DNA from: Vulcanimicrobiota bacterium
GTDB lineage: Bacteria; Vulcanimicrobiota; Vulcanimicrobiia; Vulcanimicrobiales; Vulcanimicrobiaceae
Length of the DNA stretch: 64,000 nucleotides
Assembly: GCA_963778015.1 (NCBI GenBank)
Contig: CAVZST010000001.1
Span: 917,190-981,189 of the forward strand
Direction of reading: 5' to 3'
Shown one piece after another: positions 35,700 through 44,391 of this stretch. The notes under the pieces were generated by a model. It saw only the letters and a list, made by a program, of their open reading frames with translations, searched no databases and had not been told where the DNA came from. The number at the start of each line of letters is the position of its first letter. Position 1 is the first letter of the stretch. The translations under genes were made by a program, and so were the position numbers.

Positions 35700-38153
35700 T
35701 TGCCGTTCGTGTACTCTAACTACTGGTCTCTGCCAGGTATGAAGCGACTGAGCGAACGAGAGCTCTTCCCCGTTCCCGGCGGATCAACCATGCCTTCCGT
35801 TCGGGTCGCCATGGCCTGGATGGCCGACGTGTTGTGGCGGGCGGACTCGGCCGGAAAGGTCGTGGTCGTCACGCCCTGCCGCCCAACGCTGCGGAGCGGA
35901 CAAGGGGAGCTCGATGAGGCCGAAATCCGACGCGTCGAGCAGCTCTGGCGCCGCTGCGTTCGCTGCGCCGAACGCTTCACCGCGATCTATCACGTCCGCA
36001 GCCCCGGCTCGTCGCCGCGCACTTTCCTAGCGCAAGCGCTGCCCGTGCTGGATAATCGCGATGAAGTCGTTTACTGGTCGGGCAGCGCGGGCGAGGTGGA
36101 GCGCCTTGCCGATGCCGGTAGCCAGTTCGTCTCCGAAGCGGCCTCAGTTCTCTCTTCGTCCCTCAATCGCGCAACGATCGTCGATCGGTTGGTCGAGGCG
36201 TCCGTGGAGCACTTTTGCGATTTCTGCGCGATCCACGCTTTCGACGACGACGGATCGATGCATGTCGAAGGCATTGCAGATCGCCGCTCCGAGCAGGGCA
36301 TCGACGCCGGCCTACTGGGCGAAGCTATCCACGAAGCGGTGCGCATCCGCCAGCCGCTGCTGCTTCTGCGGGCAGCGGCGCGCGATTCGGTCGACGAGCA
36401 GATGCAACGCGTACTTAGAGCCCTAAAGGGACGCTCGCTGATCGTCGTCCCCCTGCTAATCGGGACCAGCTGCATCGGTGCGATAAGCTTTGTCGAATCC
36501 GAGCGTCCCGCAAGTTTCGCGCCGCCTGACGTCGACGTCGCGCTCGTCGTCGCTCGTCAACTGGCAATGGCTCTCGAAAATATCAAGACGTTCGAACGCG
36601 AGCAGCGCGTCACCGAGCGCTTTCGCTTCTTGGCTCGCGTAACCGAACGTCTCTTCACCACGCTCGACCCGACGAAAATGTTCGAGCTTTTGCTCGAGGC
36701 ACTCGGCGACGGCTTCGCCGACTACGGGGTTGCAGCTTCGTTATGCGATGGCCGGCTGCGAACCGTCGCCGCGGTGGGAACCAGGGCGCAGCTACGCGAG
36801 AGTGCCGAGCCGGATATTCTGGCCGCGCTGCGCGGTCGGCGCTCGCTCCTGACCGGAGCCGTACCGGGGGTAGGAGAGCCGGTACGAGTCGCGGGCGGCC
36901 CGCTCTTGGAACCGGTTCAACCCCGCTCGTGGATGATGGTACCGGTTTTCGTCGGCGACACGATTTATGGCGCGATCATCTGCTGCTCGAACTCGCATCG
37001 TTACGACGCGGGGGAGCTGGAAGTTCTCCAAGAAATAGGGCGCCGCGCCTCACTCGCACTGGAACATGCGGAAAGCTTCGCTCGCGAGCGGCGGCTCATC
37101 CAAACGCTTCAGAAAGCGACGCTGCCCTCGCGGTTAGCAAGGGTCGACGGCGCCTCGTTGAGCGCTATTTACCGCCCCGCCGCGTCCGAGGTCCAAGTGG
37201 GCGGCGACTGGTACGACGCATTCGATCTCGACGAGCACCGCGTGCTGCTTACCGTGGGCGACGTCACCGGGCACGGCCTCGAAGCATCGATCGTTATGGG
37301 AAAGCTGCGGCATGCCATTAACGTGGTGGCGATGTACGAGCCGGATCCGTCGCGAATCTTGGACGCTGCCGAGCGCGTTCTCTTACGTCGCTATCCGGGT
37401 TCGGTGGCTACGGCGTTTGTCGCTGTTTTCGATTCCCGCAATCGTAATCTTACCTATGCGAATGCGGGTCATCCATATCCGATCTTGCGCCGTAACGATG
37501 GTTCGCTCCAAGAACTCGAAGCCGATGGTCTTCCGATCGGGCTTCGCTCGGAGGGTCCAAGTATGGAGCCACGCACGAAGTCTCTTAACGATGCGTCGCT
37601 CCTTGCTTTCTACACCGACGGATTGACCGAAGCGACCCGAGACATTTCCGCCGGGGAGCGGCTCCTGCGCGAGGCGCTGGCCAGCGACGCCATTTTCTAC
37701 GTCGAGAGTCCGGCCCAATACCTCGAGCAATTTTGCTTGCGCGATCAATCGTGCGACGACGTGGCGATACTGCTCCTAAACTTCGTCAAATCTCGGCGTT
37801 GGACGTTCGAGTCGAGCGACCATCGCGCGGCTAGCCGAGCGCGCCGGGAGTTTTTGGCTGAGCTCGCAGCATGGGCCGTCCCAGGAAGCGACCTCAAACT
37901 TGCGCAGCTCGTCTTCCGCGAGCTGGCTGCCGACGTGGCCCGGCGCGGCGGAGGCCCAATTGAAGTCGCGCTCGAGCGGCGAGATGGCGCGGCGGTGCTC
38001 CACGTCATCGATCGAGCCGAAGCGATCGATCACGGACCGGATCTGCGGGAGATTCACGCGTTTCGGGCGCGGCTCGACGTCGAGATACTCCCGAGCTTCG
38101 GAACGCACGTCCGCGCGATGCTTCCCATCCGAGTCTCTGTGCCCGACGCCTAG
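35700..38153 (+). CDS. multidomain PP2C (SpoIIE) phosphatase: N-terminal sensor region, GAF x2, PP2C, RsbW-like HATPase domain
   Basis: PP2C motifs VGGDWYDAF and TVGDVTGHGLEASIVMGKLRH. The C-terminal ~130 aa are anti-sigma-kinase-like. Start uncertain (TTG 35700, ATG 35739 or 35790). Confidence 0.85.
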   Translation: MPFVYSNYWSLPGMKRLSERELFPVPGGSTMPSVRVAMAWMADVLWRADSAGKVVVVTPCRPTLRSGQGELDEAEIRRVEQLWRRCVRCAERFTAIYHVRSPGSSPRTFLAQALPVLDNRDEVVYWSGSAGEVERLADAGSQFVSEAASVLSSSLNRATIVDRLVEASVEHFCDFCAIHAFDDDGSMHVEGIADRRSEQGIDAGLLGEAIHEAVRIRQPLLLLRAAARDSVDEQMQRVLRALKGRSLIVVPLLIGTSCIGAISFVESERPASFAPPDVDVALVVARQLAMALENIKTFEREQRVTERFRFLARVTERLFTTLDPTKMFELLLEALGDGFADYGVAASLCDGRLRTVAAVGTRAQLRESAEPDILAALRGRRSLLTGAVPGVGEPVRVAGGPLLEPVQPRSWMMVPVFVGDTIYGAIICCSNSHRYDAGELEVLQEIGRRASLALEHAESFARERRLIQTLQKATLPSRLARVDGASLSAIYRPAASEVQVGGDWYDAFDLDEHRVLLTVGDVTGHGLEASIVMGKLRHAINVVAMYEPDPSRILDAAERVLLRRYPGSVATAFVAVFDSRNRNLTYANAGHPYPILRRNDGSLQELEADGLPIGLRSEGPSMEPRTKSLNDASLLAFYTDGLTEATRDISAGERLLREALASDAIFYVESPAQYLEQFCLRDQSCDDVAILLLNFVKSRRWTFESSDHRAASRARREFLAELAAWAVPGSDLKLAQLVFRELAADVARRGGGPIEVALERRDGAAVLHVIDRAEAIDHGPDLREIHAFRARLDVEILPSFGTHVRAMLPIRVSVPDA

Positions 38154-38890
38154 ATTTGCTGGTACTCTTTCGTCCTGGCTAAAATCCGATCCGCGTAACG
38201 AGGGAGCACGCTTCGAAGGCGCAGGATGGTTCTTTCGGCGGTCGGCAGCGATGTCGCCAGCGAATGGAACGCTCCGTTCGCCAACGCCTGCAGCCCATGC
38301 CAGTGGTCACCGAGCACGTCGTCCATTGCACGCCGCATCGCGACGTCAAAGCTACGCGAGAGCGACGGAACGAGCTTGCTGTGAGTCGCTAAGAGCGGAC
38401 GCATCGCCGGTATCTGAAAATCTTCGCTCAACACGTCGATCGGATAGCCGCAGTACAGGTCGAAGTCGACGGAGACCAACAGGTCGTTCCAGAGCCGTTC
38501 CAATTCAATCGCGGCCGTAAACGCTCCAGCGCTCCACAAGCGGCCGACCATTTCCCCGTATGCCCGCAAACCCCCGTAACGGCCCGAAAGACCTTTGATG
38601 AGGTTTCCGACGTTCCGTTCGAAAAGCTCGGCGTCGGGCCAGCCGTGGCGCATAAACGTTGCGAGCGCTCGCGCGTCGTCGAGCACGATCAATCGTTGGT
38701 CATAGCGAGCCTGCCCGCGCTCTTCAAGACGCTCGATCTCGGCGACGATCGCCTCGCGGCGGGAATCGCTTGCTATCACGACGCCGGCTCGTCCCGAACT
38801 CAGCGCATAATGGAGAAAACGCCCGACATCGCGCTCAAGACGCGGCTCGTCTTCGCCATAGAAATGAATTAAGTGCTCAGGGCACCTCAC
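38150..38890 (-). CDS. MEDS-domain protein
   Basis: N-terminus CPEHLIHFYGEDEPRLERDVGRFLHYAL..GVVIAS matches the typical MEDS start (HxxxFY). GTG start. Its stop overlaps the phosphatase stop (CTAG). Confidence 0.7.
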   Translation of the reverse strand: MRCPEHLIHFYGEDEPRLERDVGRFLHYALSSGRAGVVIASDSRREAIVAEIERLEERGQARYDQRLIVLDDARALATFMRHGWPDAELFERNVGNLIKGLSGRYGGLRAYGEMVGRLWSAGAFTAAIELERLWNDLLVSVDFDLYCGYPIDVLSEDFQIPAMRPLLATHSKLVPSLSRSFDVAMRRAMDDVLGDHWHGLQALANGAFHSLATSLPTAERTILRLRSVLPRYADRILARTKEYQQI

Positions 38891-38969
38891 TGGGGCTTTG
38901 GACTCACGTTCACCATCCTACCTGCCCCGCATCGAGGGGAGTCAAACCAAGCTTGGGTACGATAATCCC

Positions 38970-39317
38970 ATGAGAGCGACATGGAAACCTCATGAAAAAC
39001 ACGGTCGGTTGACTCGACAAAGTGATCTTCCGAATAGCGTCTATGCGTTCCCGAAAGAACGCAAAGAGCCGCTGACCGACGCACGTCACGTCCGCAACGC
39101 GGTGGCCAGGTTCGATCAGGTGATCGGGGCTTGCGCTGCCGATCGGGAGTTGGCCTTTGCCAACATAAAGAAGGCCGCGGATTATTACGGTGTCGCGCTC
39201 TCGGAAAGGTCATGGGAGGAGCTCGGCGTGCACCCCCAGCCTCGGCGCAAGCAAAGCGCCCGGAAAAAGACAGGAGCGCGAAAGGCGCCGACCCGCAAGA
39301 AACACCCCCGAAGTTAA
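38970..39317 (+). CDS. DUF6582-like small protein (paralog 2) with Lys/Arg-rich tail
   Basis: MRATWKP...NSVYAFPKERKEPLTDARHVRNAVARFDQV...AFANIKKAADYYGV plus tail RRKQSARKKTGARKAPTRKKHPRS. The start was chosen by alignment to paralog 1. Confidence 0.7.
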   Translation: MRATWKPHEKHGRLTRQSDLPNSVYAFPKERKEPLTDARHVRNAVARFDQVIGACAADRELAFANIKKAADYYGVALSERSWEELGVHPQPRRKQSARKKTGARKAPTRKKHPRS

Positions 39318-39362
39318 CGGGCGCGCGTTTATCGAACGTCGTTTCACGGGGATACCCACCAC

Positions 39363-39914
39363 ATGGATGAGTTGAAAAAGCGGCGAGTTGCCGTGCTGGC
39401 AACCGACGGCTTCGAAGAGAGCGAGCTAACCGAACCGACCAAAGCGCTTCGCGAAGCCGGCGCGACCGTCGAAATCATTTCACGCAAGCGCGAGCCGATC
39501 CAAGCGTTCAAGCACCACGATAAATCGATCAGAATCGACGTCGACAAGACGCTCGATGAAGTTTCGCCCGATAGCTATGATGCGGTACTCCTTCCGGGGG
39601 GCGCGCTCAACGCCGACGAGATGCGAACGGACCCCAAGGCCCAGCATTTCATCCAACAGATGAACGCGGCAGGAAAGCCGATGGCCGTGATCTGCCATGC
39701 GCCGTGGCTTCTGGTCTCGGCGGGTCTAGCAAAAGGCCGGACCTTAACGAGTTGGCCGACCATCGCCGACGACTTGCGCAATGCTGGAGCGCAATGGGTC
39801 GATCGCGAGGTCGTAGTGGACGAAAATCTCGTCACGAGCCGAGGTCCCAAAGACATTCCCGCTTTTAACGAGGCGCTGCTGGGTCAGTTGCGCCGCACCG
39901 CTGCGCCGGTCTAG
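39363..39914 (+). CDS. DJ-1/PfpI-family protein
   Basis: VAVLATDGFEESELTEP...YDAVLLPGGALNAD...KPMAVICHAPWLL (nucleophile-elbow Cys-His). Confidence 0.9.
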   Translation: MDELKKRRVAVLATDGFEESELTEPTKALREAGATVEIISRKREPIQAFKHHDKSIRIDVDKTLDEVSPDSYDAVLLPGGALNADEMRTDPKAQHFIQQMNAAGKPMAVICHAPWLLVSAGLAKGRTLTSWPTIADDLRNAGAQWVDREVVVDENLVTSRGPKDIPAFNEALLGQLRRTAAPV

Positions 39915-39918
39915 CCGT

Positions 39919-40170
39919 TTGCCAACTGCAGCTTTCGAGAGCGAACCGCAAGCGTCGGCGGCCGCGACGGTCTTGCGCGAGTTGGGATTTACGTCCGAAG
40001 TCTTCCTACGCGGCGCAAACAACTTCGAAGAGCGCGCCCGAGCTTTCCTCAGCGGAAATCCACCGCCGTTCGAGCCCAACGCAATCCTGGTCAGCAACGA
40101 CGTTGACGAGGAACGCTTCTTGCGCACGGTGCAGCGCCATTACGGCATCGTCGTACGCGGCGATCTCTGA
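39919..40170 (+). CDS. hypothetical small protein
   Basis: 83-aa TTG-initiated ORF. High third-position GC, whereas the antisense ORF looks like junk. No family recognised. Confidence 0.4.
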   Translation: MPTAAFESEPQASAAATVLRELGFTSEVFLRGANNFEERARAFLSGNPPPFEPNAILVSNDVDEERFLRTVQRHYGIVVRGDL

Positions 40171-40206
40171 TCGCTCGACAACCTCGCTCGCGCGCTCGCC
40201 GCGCTA

Positions 40207-40839
40207 ATGGCGACGACTGCGCACTCGGCTGCTGCCTACCTGCCGGCGCGTCCTTCGTTTACGAGCTTGCGCGGCGCGGCGGCGCATTGCCGCGGCTGCG
40301 ATCTCTATAAACACGCCACCCAAACGGTCTTCGGCGAAGGTCCGGCCCGCGCACGCATGATGCTCGTCGGCGAGCAGCCCGGCGACCGCGAGGACCAGCT
40401 CGGTCATCCCTTCGTTGGGCCGGCCGGCAAACTGCTGCACAGCGCGATGGAACGCGCCGGAATCTCGCCCAGCGACGTTTACGTCACCAATGCGGTCAAG
40501 CATTTCAAATTCGTCGAGCGCGGTAAGCGGCGAATTCACGCTAAACCCAAGGCGATCGAGATTCGAGCGTGCAAGCCGTGGCTCGAAGCGGAGATTCAAG
40601 TCATCCGTCCCGCATTGATCGTCGCACTCGGCGCGACGGCTGCGCAATCACTCTTGGGCGCCGGCTTTCGCTTGCTGGCGAATCGCGGTCGCATCATCGC
40701 CGCAGTGCCGCCGCTCCCGGTTCTTGCGACGATTCATCCTTCGGCGATTTTGCGTGCCCCCGACGACCGGACGCGGCACCGCGAGATGAACAAGTTCGTC
40801 GAAGACCTCCAAACCGCGCGCGCGGCCTGCGCGTCGTAG
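40207..40839 (+). CDS. udgX: UdgX-type (family 4-like) uracil-DNA glycosylase
   Basis: CRGCDLY...GEQPGDRED...FVGPAGKLL...VTNAVKHFKFVERGKRRIHAKP...HPSAILR. GEQPG plus the KRRIH loop are the UdgX hallmarks. Confidence 0.85.
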   Translation: MATTAHSAAAYLPARPSFTSLRGAAAHCRGCDLYKHATQTVFGEGPARARMMLVGEQPGDREDQLGHPFVGPAGKLLHSAMERAGISPSDVYVTNAVKHFKFVERGKRRIHAKPKAIEIRACKPWLEAEIQVIRPALIVALGATAAQSLLGAGFRLLANRGRIIAAVPPLPVLATIHPSAILRAPDDRTRHREMNKFVEDLQTARAACAS

Positions 40840-40853
40840 GGTATAAACCCGGC

Positions 40854-41156
40854 ATGCGTAACATCGAAGCGAGCCGATCGGGGTTTTCGGTGCTCGAAAA
40901 CGGAAACGAGTTGCAGACGGCCGTCATGGTTTTGGAGCCCGGCGAAGAGAGCGGGCCGGTCGGAAACGATCACCCTTCCAGCGAGCAGGTTCTCTTCGTG
41001 GTTGAAGGCAAGGTCGAGGCTGTTCTCGACGGCAGGAAGTTTGAGATGCACGCCGGCGACAGCACGATCGTTCCGAGAGGCGCTGCGCACCAGTTTGCGA
41101 ACCGCTCGAACGAACGAGCGGTAACCTTTAACGTTTACGCGCCGAAGGCGTACTGA
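40854..41156 (+). CDS. cupin-domain protein
   Basis: ATG at 40854, 100 aa. GNDHPSSEQVLFVVEGK...GDSTIVPRGAAHQFAN. Confidence 0.8.
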   Translation: MRNIEASRSGFSVLENGNELQTAVMVLEPGEESGPVGNDHPSSEQVLFVVEGKVEAVLDGRKFEMHAGDSTIVPRGAAHQFANRSNERAVTFNVYAPKAY

Positions 41157-41173
41157 TCTCGCCTGCGTCGCGA

Positions 41174-41518
41174 TTAGAGCGTCTGGACGTAGGCGGCGAT
41201 GTCGCGCGTCTGTTTCCTGCTTAGCTGCGCCGGGTAGAGTTTGGGCATCGGCGGCTCGGGGTCTTCGATCCAGGAGGCCAGCGTTTCGAAATTCATCCGC
41301 CGCGACTCGTCGCGAAGCGACGGCCCGACGCCGCCGCCGGCGCCTTGAGCGCCGTGACAGCTCGAGCAATTTGCGGAGAAAAGCTTCGCGCCTGCCTTTT
41401 TGTCGCCGCCCTGGGTGGCCCCGGAACCGGCCGTCACGGCATTGCCTCCATAGGATGCCGTGGTGCAGGCCACGAGCTGCAACGCGAGCACCGCGCAAAT
41501 CGGCCGGATGATGCGCAT
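41174..41518 (-). CDS. monohaem c-type cytochrome lipoprotein
   Basis: ATG at 41518 gives MRIIRPICAVLALQLVAC (lipobox). Single CSSCHG haem site and a distal Met region PPMPKL. Confidence 0.8.
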   Translation of the reverse strand: MRIIRPICAVLALQLVACTTASYGGNAVTAGSGATQGGDKKAGAKLFSANCSSCHGAQGAGGGVGPSLRDESRRMNFETLASWIEDPEPPMPKLYPAQLSRKQTRDIAAYVQTL

Positions 41519-41561
41519 TGTCGCAATGTACCCGCCGAACGGCTGGGTAAATAGTAGTTCC

Positions 41562-42284
41562 ATGAAGCTAGCGGCGGCGGCTCTCGCCGTGTTCGCGGTC
41601 GCGTCGCCGGGCGCGCGCGCTGCAGATGACGGCGCGAGGCTCTATGCGACGTATTGCTCGTCGTGTCACGGGATTCGCGGACAGGGCAGCAAGGTGGCAC
41701 CCTCGCTCATCGGAAAATCGGCGGCCTACGTTCACTTCATGCTCGATACCGGCCGAATGCCCGCGCCGGCTCCCGGCATCAATGAGATCCCCCGCGTGCC
41801 GCGCTTCACCTACGCGCAGATCGATCAGATCGTCAACTACGTCGTCGGTCTCTCGCCGCGGCCCGTCGATACGTCCTTGCCCCTCGTCACATCGGGTAAC
41901 GTCAACCGCGGCCGGACGCTCTTTGCAGAAAACTGCGCGCAGTGCCATGGCGCGGTCGGCGACGGCGCTTCGGTCGGAACCGATAACGTCGCACCCGACC
42001 TAGCGACGGCAACCGTCTTTCAAATCGGCGAGGCGATCCGCTCCGGTCCCGGCGTCATGCCACGCTTCGGCCCCGACGTCCTTAGCGATCGAGACGTTGA
42101 CGATATCGCGTATTTCGTCAACTTCGTCGAGACGCACGCCGACGACCGCAACGGGCCCAACGCCGGCGGCTTCCCGCTCGCGCACATTGGTCCGGTCGCG
42201 GAGGGCTTCATCGCGTGGATCTTTGGGCTCGGCGCGCTCGTTCTCTTCATCCGCGGCATCGGCACCGCCGGCGACGAATCGTAG
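41562..42284 (+). CDS. qcrC: dihaem cytochrome c subunit of the bc complex (QcrC-like)
   Basis: ATG at 41562. Signal peptide, two CxxCH sites (CSSCHG, CAQCHG), and a C-terminal TM anchor FIAWIFGLGALVLFIRGIG. Confidence 0.8.
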   Translation: MKLAAAALAVFAVASPGARAADDGARLYATYCSSCHGIRGQGSKVAPSLIGKSAAYVHFMLDTGRMPAPAPGINEIPRVPRFTYAQIDQIVNYVVGLSPRPVDTSLPLVTSGNVNRGRTLFAENCAQCHGAVGDGASVGTDNVAPDLATATVFQIGEAIRSGPGVMPRFGPDVLSDRDVDDIAYFVNFVETHADDRNGPNAGGFPLAHIGPVAEGFIAWIFGLGALVLFIRGIGTAGDES

Positions 42285-42300
42285 CTTTTGCTCAGCCCAA

Positions 42301-42618
42301 TCAAAGGCGGCTGAGCACGTTCCTCGCGAAATCGGATTCGAAGTGCTGCAGAATTTGCGGATTGCTGGTGATAAGCGAGATCGCTCCCTGCTTGAGCGCT
42401 TCGGGATTCGAACCATGCTGCGAGATGAGGGTCATGATCTGTTGAGCGATCCCCGATTCGCCGTTCTGGTTTGCGTTGTCTGCGGCGGTCTGCAGATTTT
42501 GCTTGACCTGCTCGCCATCCATGGACGAAACGTGCTCGCTGGCCGATTGTGAAACGGCCGACTGGTCGACCTCACCGGTTGTCACACGCTGGAGAAGTCC
42601 TTCTACCTCATTGAACAT
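42301..42618 (-). CDS. hypothetical acidic/Gln-rich protein
   Basis: 105-aa ORF with an immediately adjacent upstream gene (3-nt gap). No family recognised. Confidence 0.5.
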   Translation of the reverse strand: MFNEVEGLLQRVTTGEVDQSAVSQSASEHVSSMDGEQVKQNLQTAADNANQNGESGIAQQIMTLISQHGSNPEALKQGAISLITSNPQILQHFESDFARNVLSRL

Positions 42619-42620
42619 TG

Positions 42621-43544
42621 TTACGCTCCTACGGCGCTGCTGCGCCGTTGAATGCCGATTTGCCCTTTCGCCGCTGTCGACGTAAGGGAACCGAAGTGAT
42701 TGGCATAGACGTGCGTGAACTCAGCTCCCAAAAGCATGATCTGAGCCGAATAGTTCACCCACAGCAGGAAGACCACGAGGCCTCCGAAGGCGCCGTACGT
42801 CGAGGAGATGCCGGCCCGGCCGAGATACCAACCGAGCAAGAACTGGCCGATTACAAAAAGCAACGCCGTTATGGCAGCGCCCAGCCAGACGTCAGACCAC
42901 GCTATCCGGCATTCCGGCAGAAATTTGAATAGCAATCCAAAGAGCGCCGTGACGAGCCCAAATGACAAGAGAAAGTCGGCAATCTTCACGAGCGTTGGGA
43001 AAAACGGGAAGACGTGCATCAGGGCGTGCCCGGCGACGGTGAGCGCGGTGTTCGCGCCCAGCGCTACGAGCAACAGAAACGCGATGCAGATGACGCCGGC
43101 AAATGAAAGAACTCGCTGCCGAACCATATCCATCAGCCCTCGCTTCTTTGGCTCGACGTCCCACACCGTGTTGAGCGCTTCTTGCAAGGATGCGAAGAGC
43201 CCAATTGCCGCTACGGCAAAGATAGTCCAGCTAATGATCTGGGCCATCGGGCCCGAGCGCTTTTGATTGAAAGTCGCCGTGACGATCGAACGAATTCCGC
43301 CGGCCGCCGACTTCCCTGCGGTCTGGGAAAGATATCCGTATAACGCGTCGAGCAGGCCGTGATGGTGGCCCAAGACGGCCCCCGCGATTTCGACGATAAC
43401 GATGATGAGCGGCGCAATTGCGAACATCGTGAAATACGCGATCGCAGCCGCAAGCCACTGGGCTTTATGGCGCTGAAAACCGGCAAAAGTCTCTTTCGCT
43501 AAAGGTACTAATTCTTGTCGGATTTGAGCCCACTGCGCGCCCAT
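42621..43544 (-). CDS. YihY/BrkB-family membrane protein
   Basis: ATG at 43544 is preceded by GAAGGAGGA. Contains FAGFQRHKAQWLAAAIAYFTMFAIAPL and 6 TM helices. Confidence 0.85.
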   Translation of the reverse strand: MGAQWAQIRQELVPLAKETFAGFQRHKAQWLAAAIAYFTMFAIAPLIIVIVEIAGAVLGHHHGLLDALYGYLSQTAGKSAAGGIRSIVTATFNQKRSGPMAQIISWTIFAVAAIGLFASLQEALNTVWDVEPKKRGLMDMVRQRVLSFAGVICIAFLLLVALGANTALTVAGHALMHVFPFFPTLVKIADFLLSFGLVTALFGLLFKFLPECRIAWSDVWLGAAITALLFVIGQFLLGWYLGRAGISSTYGAFGGLVVFLLWVNYSAQIMLLGAEFTHVYANHFGSLTSTAAKGQIGIQRRSSAVGA

Positions 43545-43888
43545 TGCAAGTCCTCCTTCACGTTTTCTATGGTCTGCTCGGGTACAAACGGCCCGGCACT
43601 CTGAATTTTGCGCTTGCCCGCCAAAGCCAGAGTCGCCGTAACGGCCGCCCACACGATCGTCACGATCAGCGCGGCAAGCCATGGGACTACGACGAGCGAG
43701 AGCGCCAGAACGAGCAGCGCGGTAAGTGAACCAAGCGTTACCAGTGCGGTCAGCGCCGACCCACTGAGCATCCCAGCGCCGACGCCGGCGGTTTTCGCTT
43801 TCTCAGTCAGCTCCTGGCGCGCAAGCTCGAGCTCGCTGCGGACGAGCACGACCACGTCTTCCGACAGCTGCTTGATTAAGGCCGGCAT
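43508..43888 (-). CDS. holin-X / DUF1469-like membrane protein
   Basis: ATG at 43888 gives MPALIKQLSEDVVVLVRSELELARQELTEKAK followed by 2 TM helices. Overlaps the YihY start by 37 nt. Confidence 0.65.
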   Translation of the reverse strand: MPALIKQLSEDVVVLVRSELELARQELTEKAKTAGVGAGMLSGSALTALVTLGSLTALLVLALSLVVVPWLAALIVTIVWAAVTATLALAGKRKIQSAGPFVPEQTIENVKEDLQWARSGLKSDKN

Positions 43889-44004
43889 GCCTTCCGGCTC
43901 GTCTGAGCCCCCTGTAGCCACGATCCACCACCTTTCGCTGGACTGCCTGCGACACCGTACCCACTCTCGCGACGCCTCAACATTGGCCTGACGGCTTTTC
44001 AGCG

Positions 44005-44391
44005 CTACGTACGCGCGCTCTCGGCGCCTAAACGCCAAAAGCACAGCAGCATCCCGATGAGTCCGGCGATTCCCAACAGGGGCGACCATAAGGCGCCCGT
44101 CATCGTCGCGAGCGCCGACACCGCGATTAAAACCGGATACGGCGTCTCCGTCGTAAAGATGCCGAGGTCTTCACCTACAACCTCTTCATTGCGCTTGTTC
44201 GGGTAGTCGCCCTCGAGGTCGGCGTCACGTTCGGCCACGACGGCATAAAGCGCCGCCAAGCTGAGCGCCGCAGTCATGATTCCCAAGAGCGCGCTACCCG
44301 CGCCCTCCTCATGTGCGATGAAGAAGTACGCGATGGCGACGGCACCACCGAACACCGCCGAAATTCCAAAGAGGCCGACGAACGATTTCAT
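44005..44391 (-). CDS. ctaF: cytochrome c oxidase subunit IV, actinobacterial type (CtaF-like)
   Basis: The ATG at 44391 overlaps the ctaD stop (ATGA). 4 TM helices and a central acidic loop EDLGIFTTETPYPVL, as in CtaF. Confidence 0.7.
   Translation of the reverse strand: MKSFVGLFGISAVFGGAVAIAYFFIAHEEGAGSALLGIMTAALSLAALYAVVAERDADLEGDYPNKRNEEVVGEDLGIFTTETPYPVLIAVSALATMTGALWSPLLGIAGLIGMLLCFWRLGAESART

Noticed and set aside
40734-41498. 254-aa minus-strand ORF
   Set aside because: It overlaps the cupin gene (antisense) and the cytochrome c gene (other frame). Its Arg-rich junk-like translation supports rejection.
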